From Dipteris shenzhenensis (Eukaryota), in NCBI GenBank assembly GCA_047967505.1, contig CM106538.1: a stretch of 64,000 nt of DNA. One strand, 5' to 3'. Both the position numbers and the translations under genes were made by a program. The notes under the pieces were generated by a model. The model had not been told where the DNA came from and ran no database searches. It worked only from the letters and a program-made list of their open reading frames with translations. This document shows positions 41,742 through 53,800 of the stretch, piece by piece. Numbering within the stretch: the first letter of the stretch is position 1; each line of letters opens with the position of its first letter.

Positions 41742-44700
41742 ATGGAAGAAGAAGTAGGACGATCTAAAGCGGTTCACATAGAGCCCCTAAAAAATAAACC
41801 TCGATGTCAAATGCAAAAGGCAAATACTTCACGAGCTACAGTTCCAAGTCCTATAACTCGAAAAAGAGGTCGTTCATATACAAAGAAAGGGCAAAGAAGA
41901 GAAGAGGAAGAACACGAAGAGGATGCGGAGGGTCTTGAAATGGAGTCAGATCTAGAAGCAGAAATGTTATCAATGAAGAACCTAAATCTTCGCTTGAATG
42001 AGGCTGTGACAAATGAGGATCCAGGATATATATGGGGCCAGAAGACTCAAGTTATACATGCTTCAATGATGGTCAAAGCAAGTGTCTTCACCAACAGCAG
42101 GACCTTAGATACAGTCTATGCTGAAAAGATTTTTCAGGCTTTGATTGATGGAAAAAAACCAGTTGTTTCTAATTTGGTACTCCGTCCAAGAACATTTTGG
42201 CCAGTCATGGGAGATTATAGTCAATCCATCAATTTCTCTCAGCCTATAGATTTTGAGATGTAATTCACTAAGTTCCGCGGAAAACAAGTTCCCTCACTTC
42301 AAGAAGGATAGAGTTCAGTGAATGATCCAGAATGACATATAAGGAATGCCAAGAGAAATTTCTTAGCTCATTGTACATTTGAGGCAATAGATGGTTAGCA
42401 GTATGCCTATGCTTGTAATGAGCGCTCTAGAGATGCATACAAGAAAGGAGAAATTTTTTATCAAACCTTCGTGAGTGTGCCTCAATTTCACTACTATTCT
42501 GCATGCATTTGTATCTTCAAGAACGAGAAAAAATATTTGATTGAGTCGGAAAGACTTAATCATGACATTTATGCACTACGAAAAATCACCTCCACTTCAG
42601 AGATGTTGCTCAAAGCTAGGACCATATGGAAAACTTTTCATTCTCCTTTGACCACTCTCAAAAGAACTGCAACTAAAGTGGAAACGGATAATCTTGTTGA
42701 CTTCTACACCTGCTTGAGTGCCATTGTACCAAGGGGAAAGCAGGAAGAAAGAGCAGAGGTGATTACAAGCTTTAAGACAGTAAGGGATAGGTATCAAGAC
42801 TACACAAGCATACTTTTCCATAGTGATGAAGTTTTTCATCAGATCAAAGATGTGTGTCTTGCATGTGAGAAAGGAGATGTTACATATGAGGCTCCATCAT
42901 TGATTAAAGAGAAGGCAAAGAAGATTGAGAAAAAAGAGATGACAGCTCGGATGTGGAGGCCTTTAAGAAACTTACCAGACAAATACGCAAGTCTTGCTGT
43001 AGAGAAATTAATGGTTTTTTGGCAAAAAGGATAAAGATCATTGCATGGAAGATTGTATCATCCAACAGGTCAAGCGTGATGCAGTAAAGAGTGCAATTGA
43101 ATATTTATTGGCAGAAAAAAATATTCCAATTAGCCAATGTAAAATTGATCATAGCATTGTGAGGCAGATGGCATCAGCTTTACCGTCACCTAAACAGAAG
43201 GCTTGGGTGCATAAATGGGTGAAGGTAGAAGATGATGGATCTGAAATTACTCCTATGACAAGTGACATTCCGGAAAATGTGTATGCATATGCACAAAAAG
43301 TCATCAATAAGCACACTCTCAGAAAAGAAAAAACTTTGAACAAGGGCTTTTTTTTCATACATGAAATCATTTCAGAGTCTGGAAAGAGTGTTGAGTGCAA
43401 GGGAGTTTCATTGAATGATTTTTTGTTCGACGACACTGCTTGGGAGAGACCTCAGCTTTTCTTTGTCTATGAAATATCACTGGATGACATTCGTCAACTC
43501 CTTGACAGAATATTACATACCACCATTGGTAGAGTGGGACAATGTAACATAGTCATATTTGCTGATAAAGATGACAAGGAACAAATGTCTGCTACCCTAG
43601 AAAAACAATATGGCAATGAGCTTAAGATTTACAATGGTATATACTCAAGAAAAAGGGACAAGAGAGAATGCGGTCTCAAGATACAGAGTCTTGAAACCTT
43701 TTTCTTGTGCATGAAGAGCCCTTACAATGATCACTCCTTACAAAACAATATAAGAGGGAATGCAAAGAGATTGCAACTACTGCTGGAAGAGCATGAAGCT
43801 CCAAGTCCCCTCCATCGCAACGCAAATCACTATGAAAGACCAGCAAAAAGTGCTGATCTTTTAATTAGTATGATGGAATTTTTGCTACCATCCGGATGGG
43901 AAGTCACATTGTATCCAATGGGACATTTGTTTGAAGCTCTTATCAGAAAAGGACACAATGTAAATATTATTGAGAGCCCTGCTTGCTTAGAATACCTTGA
44001 TACCGTGGCTTCTCTCACAATAAAGTATGATAAGAAAGGTCCGATCTCACATGAAGAGGATGCTGACATAGAGATGGTCATGTATGATGAGAGCAAGAAA
44101 GATGATGAAAATGATGAAAGCTCTGGATATGATAGTGAGGACACCAGCGATAGTAAGGAAGCAGATAAAGATGGATATGACATTGACCTTGCCTATGAAG
44201 GTTACATAAAAAGACCACGAAGATATGTAGAGGTATGAAAACTTATGTTTAATTTTCTTTATTCATTTAAAGGTCTTTTTAAATTTATAATTAATTTAAA
44301 ATTTTGAATCTCATAATTATTTTATCCTTTTATAGGAGAAGGGAAAGGAGGAGGATGAGGAGGACATAGCTAGAGTAGAGAATATAGAAAGCTCATCTCA
44401 AGAAAGCAAAGCTGCTCTGGCTATCCATCGGATGACTCTAGAAAATAATCATACCTTGCAGCAAATGGAGAAGTCATTTCAAGTTAGGTTTCAAGTTCGA
44501 GAACAACCTCTTACTTTTCTATTCGATGAAGAGGACATTTCAATCCTTATAAACTTCAAGAAAGAGGTTAATGACAAGGTCATAATAGCCATCCTCAGGT
44601 TTGACACAAACTTTTTATTGAATTTATGCTTTTGTATTTCCATTGGATCAAATGTAGTAATATTCTTTTCTTTTTATTGCAGTATGGTTTTAGAACATCT

Positions 44701-46693
44701 TCCCCTATATATACAGAGATGTGCATATATGGTCGATCCTCTTGTTTCTAGTGTACTTAGCAATAAGCAGAAGACCATAGATGATGTTTTTAAGTGGTTG
44801 CAACCTATTTATTTGACTACGGCGCGAGTTATCTTTACTGCATATCACGAGGAGTGAGTATCAATCCCTACCTAGCTTATCTCTTACATTGTGGAGGATT
44901 ATATCAAATAATAATTATTCTTAATTGATAATGCAGCTTGCATTGGAGCTTGGTAATTGTGGACATCTTAGCCAAGCAATGTTTCTTTGTCAATTCAATA
45001 GCATCTATCCATGGCAGTGTGTCAGAGTAAGTATAACCTACTTGTGTCATAATTATGTCAATGAGATGCATCCTATGCAATGCACACATTCATTTATGTT
45101 TTCTATTTTGATGTGTAGATCGGCTCGAAAGTTGGTAGGTGCTATAGATGCACTTATGCAAATGGAAGGTGACTTAGAAGATCAAATAGAGTATGTAACA
45201 TGCCCTGCAGCGAAGCAGAATGATGACCATAGTTGTGGGTGGAGAGTCGAATATAACTGCTTTTTGCTCCTTGCTCAAATTTTTAATTTGAGCAGCGGTG
45301 AAACCTCATTGTCGACATATACAGACTTGCATCTATATGCATTTATGTCATCTATCATTAAGGCATTTATTGATAACGTGGTGGAGCATCAAGAGGAAAC
45401 ATTGGTTGCTACGCCCATAAGTTGTCCTAATGTAACCGCTGGATTGGATGAAATGGGGAGCTCTTTTGAGGTTAGGGTTATCATTAGCAAGCAACCTCGT
45501 GTTTTGACTTTTGGTAGCGAGGAAGTTACAATCTTCTCCGACCCTTTGAAAGAGGCTAATGACAAAGTCATGATGGCCATCCTCAGGTTTGATATGAACA
45601 TCTCTTGGCTTGATACTTCAATCATTTGATTCAATCTGCTTCCAACATTTGTTTATTTATTGCTGCAGTTGTATCTCACTTTCCTAGATCAGTACAAAAT
45701 CGCATCTATATGCTCGATTCTCTTCTTTCAGCTGTACTTAGTGATACCAAGAAGACAGTAGATGATGTTTGCTCAATGCTACAACCTTTAGACTTGGATG
45801 GCATGCTAATTATCTTTATGCCATATTATGAGAGGTAAGTATCGTCTCAATCTTTCTTTTACTCTCTTATTTGTAATATTGTGTCAATTAATACTTAATA
45901 TTGTGATAAATCTTATCGCTCTTTATTGGTGATTTATTGGTGATGTAGTTCACATTGGAGCCTGATAGTATGGGATCTTGATGACAACCATTTTTGGTTT
46001 GTCAACTCATTTACAGGCTTTCACGGGGTGTTCAAGTAAGTGTTCTTTTATCATATCATTATGAACATGCATCTTACTATTTACTACACAAATTCACTTT
46101 GTCATATGTCATGATGGACAGGTCTGCAAACAAGTTAGTTTCTACGATTATGAAAATCAGGGAGCATCAAGACCAACCAAATTTCCAAACACGCCTCGCA
46201 GTGGAGCAGAAAGACAAGTTTAGTAGTGGGTGGAGAATTGCCTACAACTTCATGTTGTTCCTCAATGAAATTTTTGAACATGTCTCAATAGAAGCATATA
46301 CAAAGCTCGAGCAACAAGATTTTATGGCTAAGACTGTTCACTACCTAACTGCTACCATTGGGTGGGAAACAACATGATGGACTCAATGAAGAACCTGAGG
46401 GAGCCAAAGAAAAACAAGAGACAATTCAGTCTCCTTCTGTATCACAGCCTCAAGTAGAAGCATTGCAGTCTCCACTTGAATTAGAGACTCAATGCATTCT
46501 TCCTACACAAGAAATAGAGACTCAATGTGTATCTACAACATCACATCTTGCAAAGGAGGAAGAAGTTAAGTCTATCCCGATTGCACCAGAAGTAGAATCT
46601 CAATGTACACCATCCACACAAGAAGTAGAGAGTCAATGTACTCTTAGAGAATCACAGCCTCAAGAGGACTCATCAGACTCTATTCAGTTGTAA
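41742..46693 (+). pseudogene. Decayed multi-exon TE-type gene: ParB/DGQH-like + degenerate N4/N6 MTase-like + two Ulp1 (C48) protease modules
   Basis: ORFs 41709-42263 and 42471-43034 are in one frame bridged by 4 stops; a +1 T in the run at ~43015 links to 43045-44232. In-phase GT-AG introns: 44233-44335, 44599-44682, 44854-44936, 45027-45118, ~45835-45948, ~46036-46121. Motifs FEAIDG*Q, HWSLVIVD..QNDDHSCGW, HWSLIVWD..QKDKFSSGW. Confidence 0.7.
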
Positions 46694-46934
46694 AACATGT
46701 AGAAAGAAACATGAGTCGTTGGAGATTTTTATCTTGTTTGTATTGATTAATGATAGTGTTTTTTAAATTTATGTTAAATGTTACAATACATTAGGATATT
46801 TTATGATATTTATTCAATTTGTATTATTATTGTATTAGCAATTCTAAAAAAATAAATTGCATTAGCAATTCTAATATGATCTACTGAGCCCTACCACACT
46901 TGTTGCAGAGAATACAAAACTATTACAAGCCATA

Positions 46935-47390
46935 GAGGCCAAGATCATCATTAGTATCTCTTATCTTCTCAACAATCCAATCTTCCATGGACTCCACTTC
47001 CGTATTGTCAACATAATTACAATGAAGGAAGAAATTCAAACATCCACTCAACTTACGTATCGTCAACATAATTACAATGAAGGAAGAAATTGAAACAGTC
47101 ACTGGACATGCCACAGAGACCGAGATCACACTACAAGATCTCATCATTAACATAATTACAATGAAGGAAGAAATTCAAACATCCAATCTTCCATGGACTC
47201 AACTTTCGTATCGTCAACATAATTACAATGAAGGAAGAAATTCAAACAGTCACTGGATAGGCCACAGAGGTCGAGATCACACTAGAAGATCTCATCATTA
47301 GTATCTCTTATCTTCTCAACAATTCAATCTTCCACGGACTCCACTTCCATATCATCAACATAATTACAATGAAGGAAGAAATTCAAACAG
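46935..47390. repeat. Mosaic tandem repeats with a 33-bp core (aacataattacaatgaaggaagaaattcaaaca) x5
   Basis: Core at ~47010, 47065, 47149, 47216, 47358; derived from the 3' end of the minus-strand small gene. Confidence 0.88.
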
Positions 47391-47734
47391 CCACAGATTG
47401 TTTCTTTATAATCTCTTTGGGAGGCCTTTATTGTTCTTTCAGCATCCCGATCAAATCGGCCATACCGAGTGCTTCGCTAATGTAGGTTGCTTAAGAAGTC
47501 CAAGAGATCTTGTCGTGCTTTTATAATACATTGTAAAAGTCTTTCGCTCTCTGCTATCTTCTGAGTCTCCTCCCTCTCTATCCGCCTCTGTGTGTCGAAT
47601 TCCTCTCTCTCCATCTGTGTGAGTGGAGAGCCTTGTCGAATTCTTGCATCTCTCCTTGCTCCTTGGTCAGCAACCCATTGTTTGAGACTGTCGATTCCAG
47701 ACTCCACATCTCCAACGATGCCAAGGACATCCAT
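47285..47734 (-). pseudogene. Small coiled-coil protein gene, paralog of 49104-49538, with stop and frameshift
   Basis: MDVLGIVGDVESGIDSLKQWV..PLTQMEREEF..LLDF..RYGRF..FLHCNYVDD.E..SVEDWI aligns with the 49104 ORF. Confidence 0.65.
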
Positions 47735-47809
47735 GGTGGGTGGAGAGATGATAAATTAAGAGTGATAAACAAAGAATGTGCTTGTAGAAGGACTAGGATG
47801 GACGAAAGA

Positions 47810-48600
47810 AGGGAGTCTAATTATATTATTCTTGTCTTCAATCACTTTATTTTATAGATTTAAACCAATTCAAAATCTATCATCTCATGTGTCTTTCACA
47901 TTTATGGTCTTTTATTTTTTACTTCACTCAAATTGGTTTTACTTTTTTGAAAGTCTAATTTATTATATACAATAAATATCTTATGATGAGAATCTAATAA
48001 TTATATCATTCTTATGTTCCATCACTTTATTTTATAGATTTCAATGTACTCAAAATCTATCATCTCACATGTCTCACATTACGGTCTTGCATCAGTAAGT
48101 CTAACTTATATTATATTAAAAGAATATCTCATGATGAGATTCTAATTATTGGTTTTACTTTTTTGAAAGTCTAATTTATTATATACAATTTATAACTAAT
48201 AAATTGGTTTTACTTTTTTGAAAGTCTAATTTATTATGTATAATAAATATCTTATGATGAGAATCTAATAATTATATCATTCTTATGTTCCATCACTTTA
48301 TTTTATAGATTTCAATGTACTCAAAATCTATCATCTCACATGTCTCTCATTACGGTCTCGCATCAGCAAGTCTAACTTATATTATATTAAAAGAATATCT
48401 CATGATGAGATTCTAATAATTATATCATTCTTGTGTTCCATCATTTTATTTTATAGATTTCAATGTACTATCACTGTCTTACATGTCTCAAATGTCTCCC
48501 ATTACGGTCTTGCATCCCATCATTTTATTTTATAGATTTCAATGTACTCACTATCTTACATGTCTCACATGTCTCGCATTACGGTCTTGCATCTAGTCAT
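47810..48600. repeat. AT-rich complex tandem repeats (~271-bp period with shorter subunits)
   Basis: aattggttttacttttttgaaagtctaatttatt at 47931, ~48148 and 48202; tttatagatttcaatgtact repeated. Confidence 0.85.
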
Positions 48601-48679
48601 CTCAGCCTCTACCAATTCTTTATTCTAAATCTTTCATCCCACATTATGAGTCTATAGTTCTATAAATCCCCTAGTAGTC

Positions 48680-49095
48680 GTTCATCTTCTATATCTCACC
48701 CGCAGCAAACACTTCTTCCACTTTGCTCTTCTTACCTTACTCCTCTCCTCAAGCTTGCTCCTTCCATCTTGCCCGCAGCCTTACCTCCTCTTCTCAAGCA
48801 TACTCCTTTCATCTTGCCTTACCTCCTTTAGTTACCTTCCTCACTCTCGTTACCTTCCTCACCTCGTTCGTCTTCTATATCTTTCCTCACTCTCGTTACC
48901 TTCCTCACCTCGTTCATCTTCTATATCTCACCCACAGCAAACACTTCTTCCACTTTGCTCTTCTTACCTTACTCCTCTCCTCAAGCTTGCTCCTTCCATC
49001 TTGCCCGCAGCCTTACCTCCTCTTCTCAAGCATACTCCTTTCATCTTGCCTTACCTCCTCTAATTACCTTCCTCACTCTCGTTACCTTCCTCCTC
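48680..49095 (+). repeat. ~232-bp tandem duplication, CT-rich, just downstream of a TATAAAT (48661)
   Basis: cagcaaacacttcttccactttgctcttc at 48703 and 48935. Confidence 0.88.
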
Positions 49096-49103
49096 TCGTT
49101 TTT

Positions 49104-49538
49104 ATGGATCTTTTTACGGTAATCGATTCTGTCGAGCAAGCCATTAGCAGCATCAAAGTATGGATTACCGAGAACCAAGGAAAGAGAGAGGAGAGAAAGA
49201 AAAATCCAGCTCCATTAACCCAATACGAGAAGGATGACTTTGCTTGTCAGAAGGGCTTAGAGAAGGAAGAGAAAAGAAAAATAAGTATGGCTACTACTGA
49301 AATAGATAAATTGCAGTCATATAGGAGAGAGCTGATAGACTTTCAAAGTGAGATATCTTCGCGTGTGGCTCGTTATGGAAGATTTCCCCCCCAGGAAGTG
49401 CAAGCCATTCGGAATAAACAAAGTGTTATGCAGGAGAAAATTCATCAATCCTTACTTCTCTTCTATAATTTTAACTACATCGATGAGGATGAGATGAGCT
49501 CAGCTCTTGAATGGGTTGAATTTAGGCTAAAGGCTTGA
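49104..49538 (+). CDS. Intact 144-aa helical/coiled-coil protein of unknown function (probably TE-encoded)
   Basis: ATG at 49104 is in frame with ORF 48723-49538; upstream TATAAAT; protein-level similarity to 47285-47734. Confidence 0.6.
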   Translation: MDLFTVIDSVEQAISSIKVWITENQGKREERKKNPAPLTQYEKDDFACQKGLEKEEKRKISMATTEIDKLQSYRRELIDFQSEISSRVARYGRFPPQEVQAIRNKQSVMQEKIHQSLLLFYNFNYIDEDEMSSALEWVEFRLKA

Positions 49539-50889
49539 AAATAGAAAATTCATCAAATTGAATGGCTTGAAAATAAATTTGCCTTCCAATGAGAGTCTTA
49601 TTGTAACTTTTGGTGTTTTTCAACACCTAAATTCTAAATATTGTGAGAGTTTGCTACTTCTACTTGTAACTTTTGAAAGTGTTTCCTAAACACTATTATA
49701 AATATCAAGAGAGTTTACAATTACTGAACCACTCTTTTTTTTGTAAACCACTCTTTTTTGTGTTACTTATCTCACGCTTAGCTTTTGAAGGTGTTTATTA
49801 ACACCATTAAATATTAAGAGAGTTTACAACAACTGAATCTTATTTTTTCATGTAACTTATCTAGGCTGCGTTAAATTTTCTAATTTTAGTTTCATGTCCT
49901 CAAAAAATATATAAAAAAATGCTTGTTTTTATGTTTTTATATGTGCTTTGAAGATTGGGTTTTCTTAAATTTTATCTGAAAACTAGTCCAAAAGTATATG
50001 TAAAAATGAATTTGTACATTGACAAGTCCAAAATTAATGAAATAAGTGTTTATTGTGCTATGGGATGCTGTTGGTCGTTGGAGTAAGAGGCATCGAAGTG
50101 CTTGCATCGCTCATTGTGCCTAGGTGGTTGTGTGTTGTAGGAGCTCGTTTTGCCTGGATGGATTGGAGGAGTCATGAGAAGCTTTGCATGGTCATTGGTT
50201 GGCAGCTGGCTTATTGTAGGGGTCGACATTAAAGCTTAGTCACTGCTACTGGACTTATTCATCATGGCTCCCAGTTGAGCTGTCTTGTTGGAGAAGCTTA
50301 GGTGAGCGTGGCTCATTGTGGCTAAGCTTGTTGTAAACAGTAGAAGGTCGAGGCTCAATACAACACTAATCGAGATGTAGAGCCCTTCAACTCTCACAGC
50401 AAGATGTAGCTTTGCCAAGAATTTCTCTCAAATGTTCTCACAATAACAGAATCTCTCACAAAAGACTCTCTCTTTTTCTCTCAAAGAGGAGTGAATACTC
50501 CCACTCTCTCTCACAACACAAGAACACTTTCGATGGAAGGTTGAATGGAATAACTCTCAAGAAACTCTTTCACACATGAAATTGAAGAAGGAAAGAATTA
50601 GCCCAAGAGTAAACTCTCTCTCACACAAACTAGAAGAAGGAATCTCTCAAACGTAAACTCTTTCAATGGAACTTAGATGGAAAGAACTCGGCATCACAAA
50701 ACCTTCAAGAAACCAAGAAGGAACTCTCTCACTCAAAGAAGATCTCTCACAATCTCTCAAACTCACAAAGTGGAGATGGAGGATGCCTCGCAAGCGGAGG
50801 GCTTATTGCCTTAACAACATGCAACGGCTTGACCTTCCAGAAGAAGAAACTGGCTTTTCTTGCTTGACAGCCTTTCCACACATCTAGGA

Positions 50890-53800
50890 TCCTTTGCTGC
50901 CAAAATCTTTGGGGATTCTCTTAATTTTAGAGGTAGACTTTGATATATTGTCTCAATAGTCACTTTTCTAAGCCCTCTTGAGCCCAAGCTCCTTTGATTA
51001 ACCCTCCGTCCACTTGAAGAGGTACAGTTAGTAGGACACCATTCCAGAATATTCGCCAAAGCCCCCTTCACCATAGCCACCGCTATATTGACCAAGGGAT
51101 TAAATTGCTCTAGCTCCCTAACCCACAAGACAGTTCTCTAGCAAGCTCTCCTACAATCCCATAGCTGAAGCCACGTCTTTACCCACTTCTTATATGCCAA
51201 TCTTGTAGACCGCAACTTCATCCAAGCCTAAGCCTTACCTTGAAAAGTCGTAGCCCATCCATTCTAAACAAACTCAAGAAAATTGGCGATCTGCACAAAC
51301 TAAAGACTACATGCTTTCCAAGAATCAATAAGGCTTGTAACAAGATGAGATCCCACAATCTTATTTGGGAACTAGAAACACAATCAGCCATACCAACTTA
51401 TATTCTTCCATAACCCAACTCCTTTATCTTTCCCATTCTCCCAAAATCACTTGACACACTCCACCCATGGAGCTTGACACTCAAAAACCCTAGGAATACA
51501 TTTACAAAGCAGAGCACTGTTCATTTTTTCAATATAAAAAATACCCATTCCCTCATTAGATTTTGAAATTTTCATGGTATCCCAAGGGATGTAATGCCAC
51601 TTGTGCCCCTCTCGTTCCTTAGCCAAAGAATTGCCCTCAATAAGTTTTCGATTTCAAGCTAGTGACTCTTTTTGTTAGAATTATGCCACATGCCACCAGG
51701 GGGCACCGAGTACGAGACTTCCCACACCCCCACCTCCTCTCCTCTCAAAAAGTCCCAAGAGAAATGAGAGGAGGGTCTTCATAATCACACATCTGCATAT
51801 GGGATTTCTCCCTTCATATTCCATGTGTGAACCGCACATGCCAAGGGCCTTTTAGTCCCCATTTTTATACCATCAATCCGTATTACACCAAGGTACCATG
51901 AGGGGAGTTAGGACCACAAAAAGGCCTGAAGGCCCACAATTTCCAACATTTTTAAACCACCATATAGTTGTCAAATAGGTAGTAGTTACAGACAATACAT
52001 GCTTCATAATAAGGACTCTTGCATTCCACCCCAAGGTGACACCAAACCACAACCTTATTTTCTACTATATCTTCTCCTTGAACCAATCAACCCTTTGCCT
52101 CCGAGTGATGCCCACACACCAAGTGAAGGGTATTTTGATTTCCCACCTTTCCAATCAGTATCTGATGCTAATGAAACTATGTAATCACATGAAAGTGATT
52201 ATAAATAAAAATTTAGTAAAGTTTGGTGCCAATTTGATACTTGAATATGCGACGATGAATATTTTTTGACACATACACACATGAATGTACAAAAGTTGGG
52301 CTCTTGCAATTCCAATTGGTGTTTGATGTTTATGAAACTTTGAAAACTCATGAAATTGACTATAAATAAGAGCCAAGCATAGAGCTCCCAAATACCAAAT
52401 AGCAAATCCCCCGTTAATCCATTTCACAAGTAACTCATTGAGCTAGCTAGGCCTAACTTCAAAATCGACTCTGAGGCCAAAATTTCTTTTCCCAACTATA
52501 GATTGAGCCAAATATGGATAAATTTTTTGTAACATTACACAAAGATTCTCCATACTCTCTTTAGACTCCATTGTCAAAGCTACCATTTTATTTGCAAACA
52601 ATTGAGGACATATTTACCATATCATCTGCAAACAAGTGAGGACATAACTATCTACCAAAGGGAAGAACAACACCCTTAATACCACCATCTACTACCCTTC
52701 TTTAATCATATGAATTAAAGGAACTGTGCATAATGCAAACAACAACGGTGCCAATGGGCACCCTTTCCTTATAGACCTATGTAGCTCAAACCTTCCTTCT
52801 ACACCTCCACTCAAATACAGGATTGCCAAGGCATTTCCAAATAGAACCTCACCATCTTGCAAAATCTAGGACCAAAGCTCAGCCTTTCCGAAACCGCTAA
52901 GCTTAAATTCCACCTGACTTAGTCATAAGCCGGATCAAAGTCAAAGCCTAATAGAATGCATCTTTGGCTGGTCACAGCAGCAAAATCCAATGTAGAGGAA
53001 ACATTAAGAAAATTTTCAAATACGTCACTTGATTTAAAAATCTCCATATTTATACAAATCTCCCTAACCCTACAAGGCAAAGCCTTTGCAATGATTTAAT
53101 AAGATGTATTCAGGATAGAAATTGGTCTTCAATCCCTCACTTTCAATCTATTCTACCTTTTTGGAAACAACTTGATTAATCAAAGATTAACGTCTTCATA
53201 TAACATACCCTTCATCATAGCATCATTTACCATTTCCCCAAAATCAACCTTTATCACTTTCCACAAAGCCACATAAAACTCCATGGTCAGACCATCAGGT
53301 CGAGGTGACTTAGCATTTTCTAACTATGCAATGCTTCCTAAAGCTCTGCCTCAGAGGACCCTCTCTTGAGCCCCACTCTTAGGCTTCTTTAGTGAGAATC
53401 CAAATAACACCTTGCCTAACAAGCTTCCCATTCCTCACTTTCCCCCCTCAACACCAACAATGCTAGCGAATCCCTTCTAAAGACCTCAACAATATGCCGA
53501 AACTCATAGAAATATTATCTTGAGCATCCATAACCCGATTCATTGTTTCCATATCCTACTACTTCTTAACTAATTGGAAAAAGTACTTTGAGGAGTAGTT
53601 ACCCAAAGATAGCTAGAGCAATCCTGGCCATCAAGTTTGTTCTTTCTAAATCTTCCACCTTCATTGCATCCTCTAGCTCGACCAACACGATAGTAAGATA
53701 CTAGTCCAAAGGGTATATCTCCAAACCCATCCTCAACTTAGTCATGCAATCCACAAAGTTAATCATTCATTAGCACTTCCATCATCAGGATTCAACATGG

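Noticed and set aside
43045-44238. Active DNA methyltransferase or bacterial contamination
   Set aside because: No DPPY/SPPY or FxGxG motif; the gene has spliceosomal introns and sits among plant TEs
47005-47390. CRISPR-like array: 33-bp repeat x5 with intervening sequences
   Set aside because: Spacers vary from ~20 to ~110 bp and are rearranged copies of each other and of the adjacent gene end; no cas genes; eukaryotic context
48723-49103. Hydrophobic N-terminal extension of the 271-aa ORF
   Set aside because: Non-ATG start within a CT-rich duplicated leader; paralog similarity begins at ATG 49104
38700-50050. Helitron or TIR boundaries for the ParB/Ulp1 cassette
   Set aside because: No convincing hairpin+CTRR end, inverted termini or TSD found by eye; the 38650-39440 GCCACGT-rich region may instead be the Copia 5' leader
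50068-50885. Possible LTR or solo LTR
   Set aside because: LTR-like composition, but no partner, PBS, PPT or TSD identified
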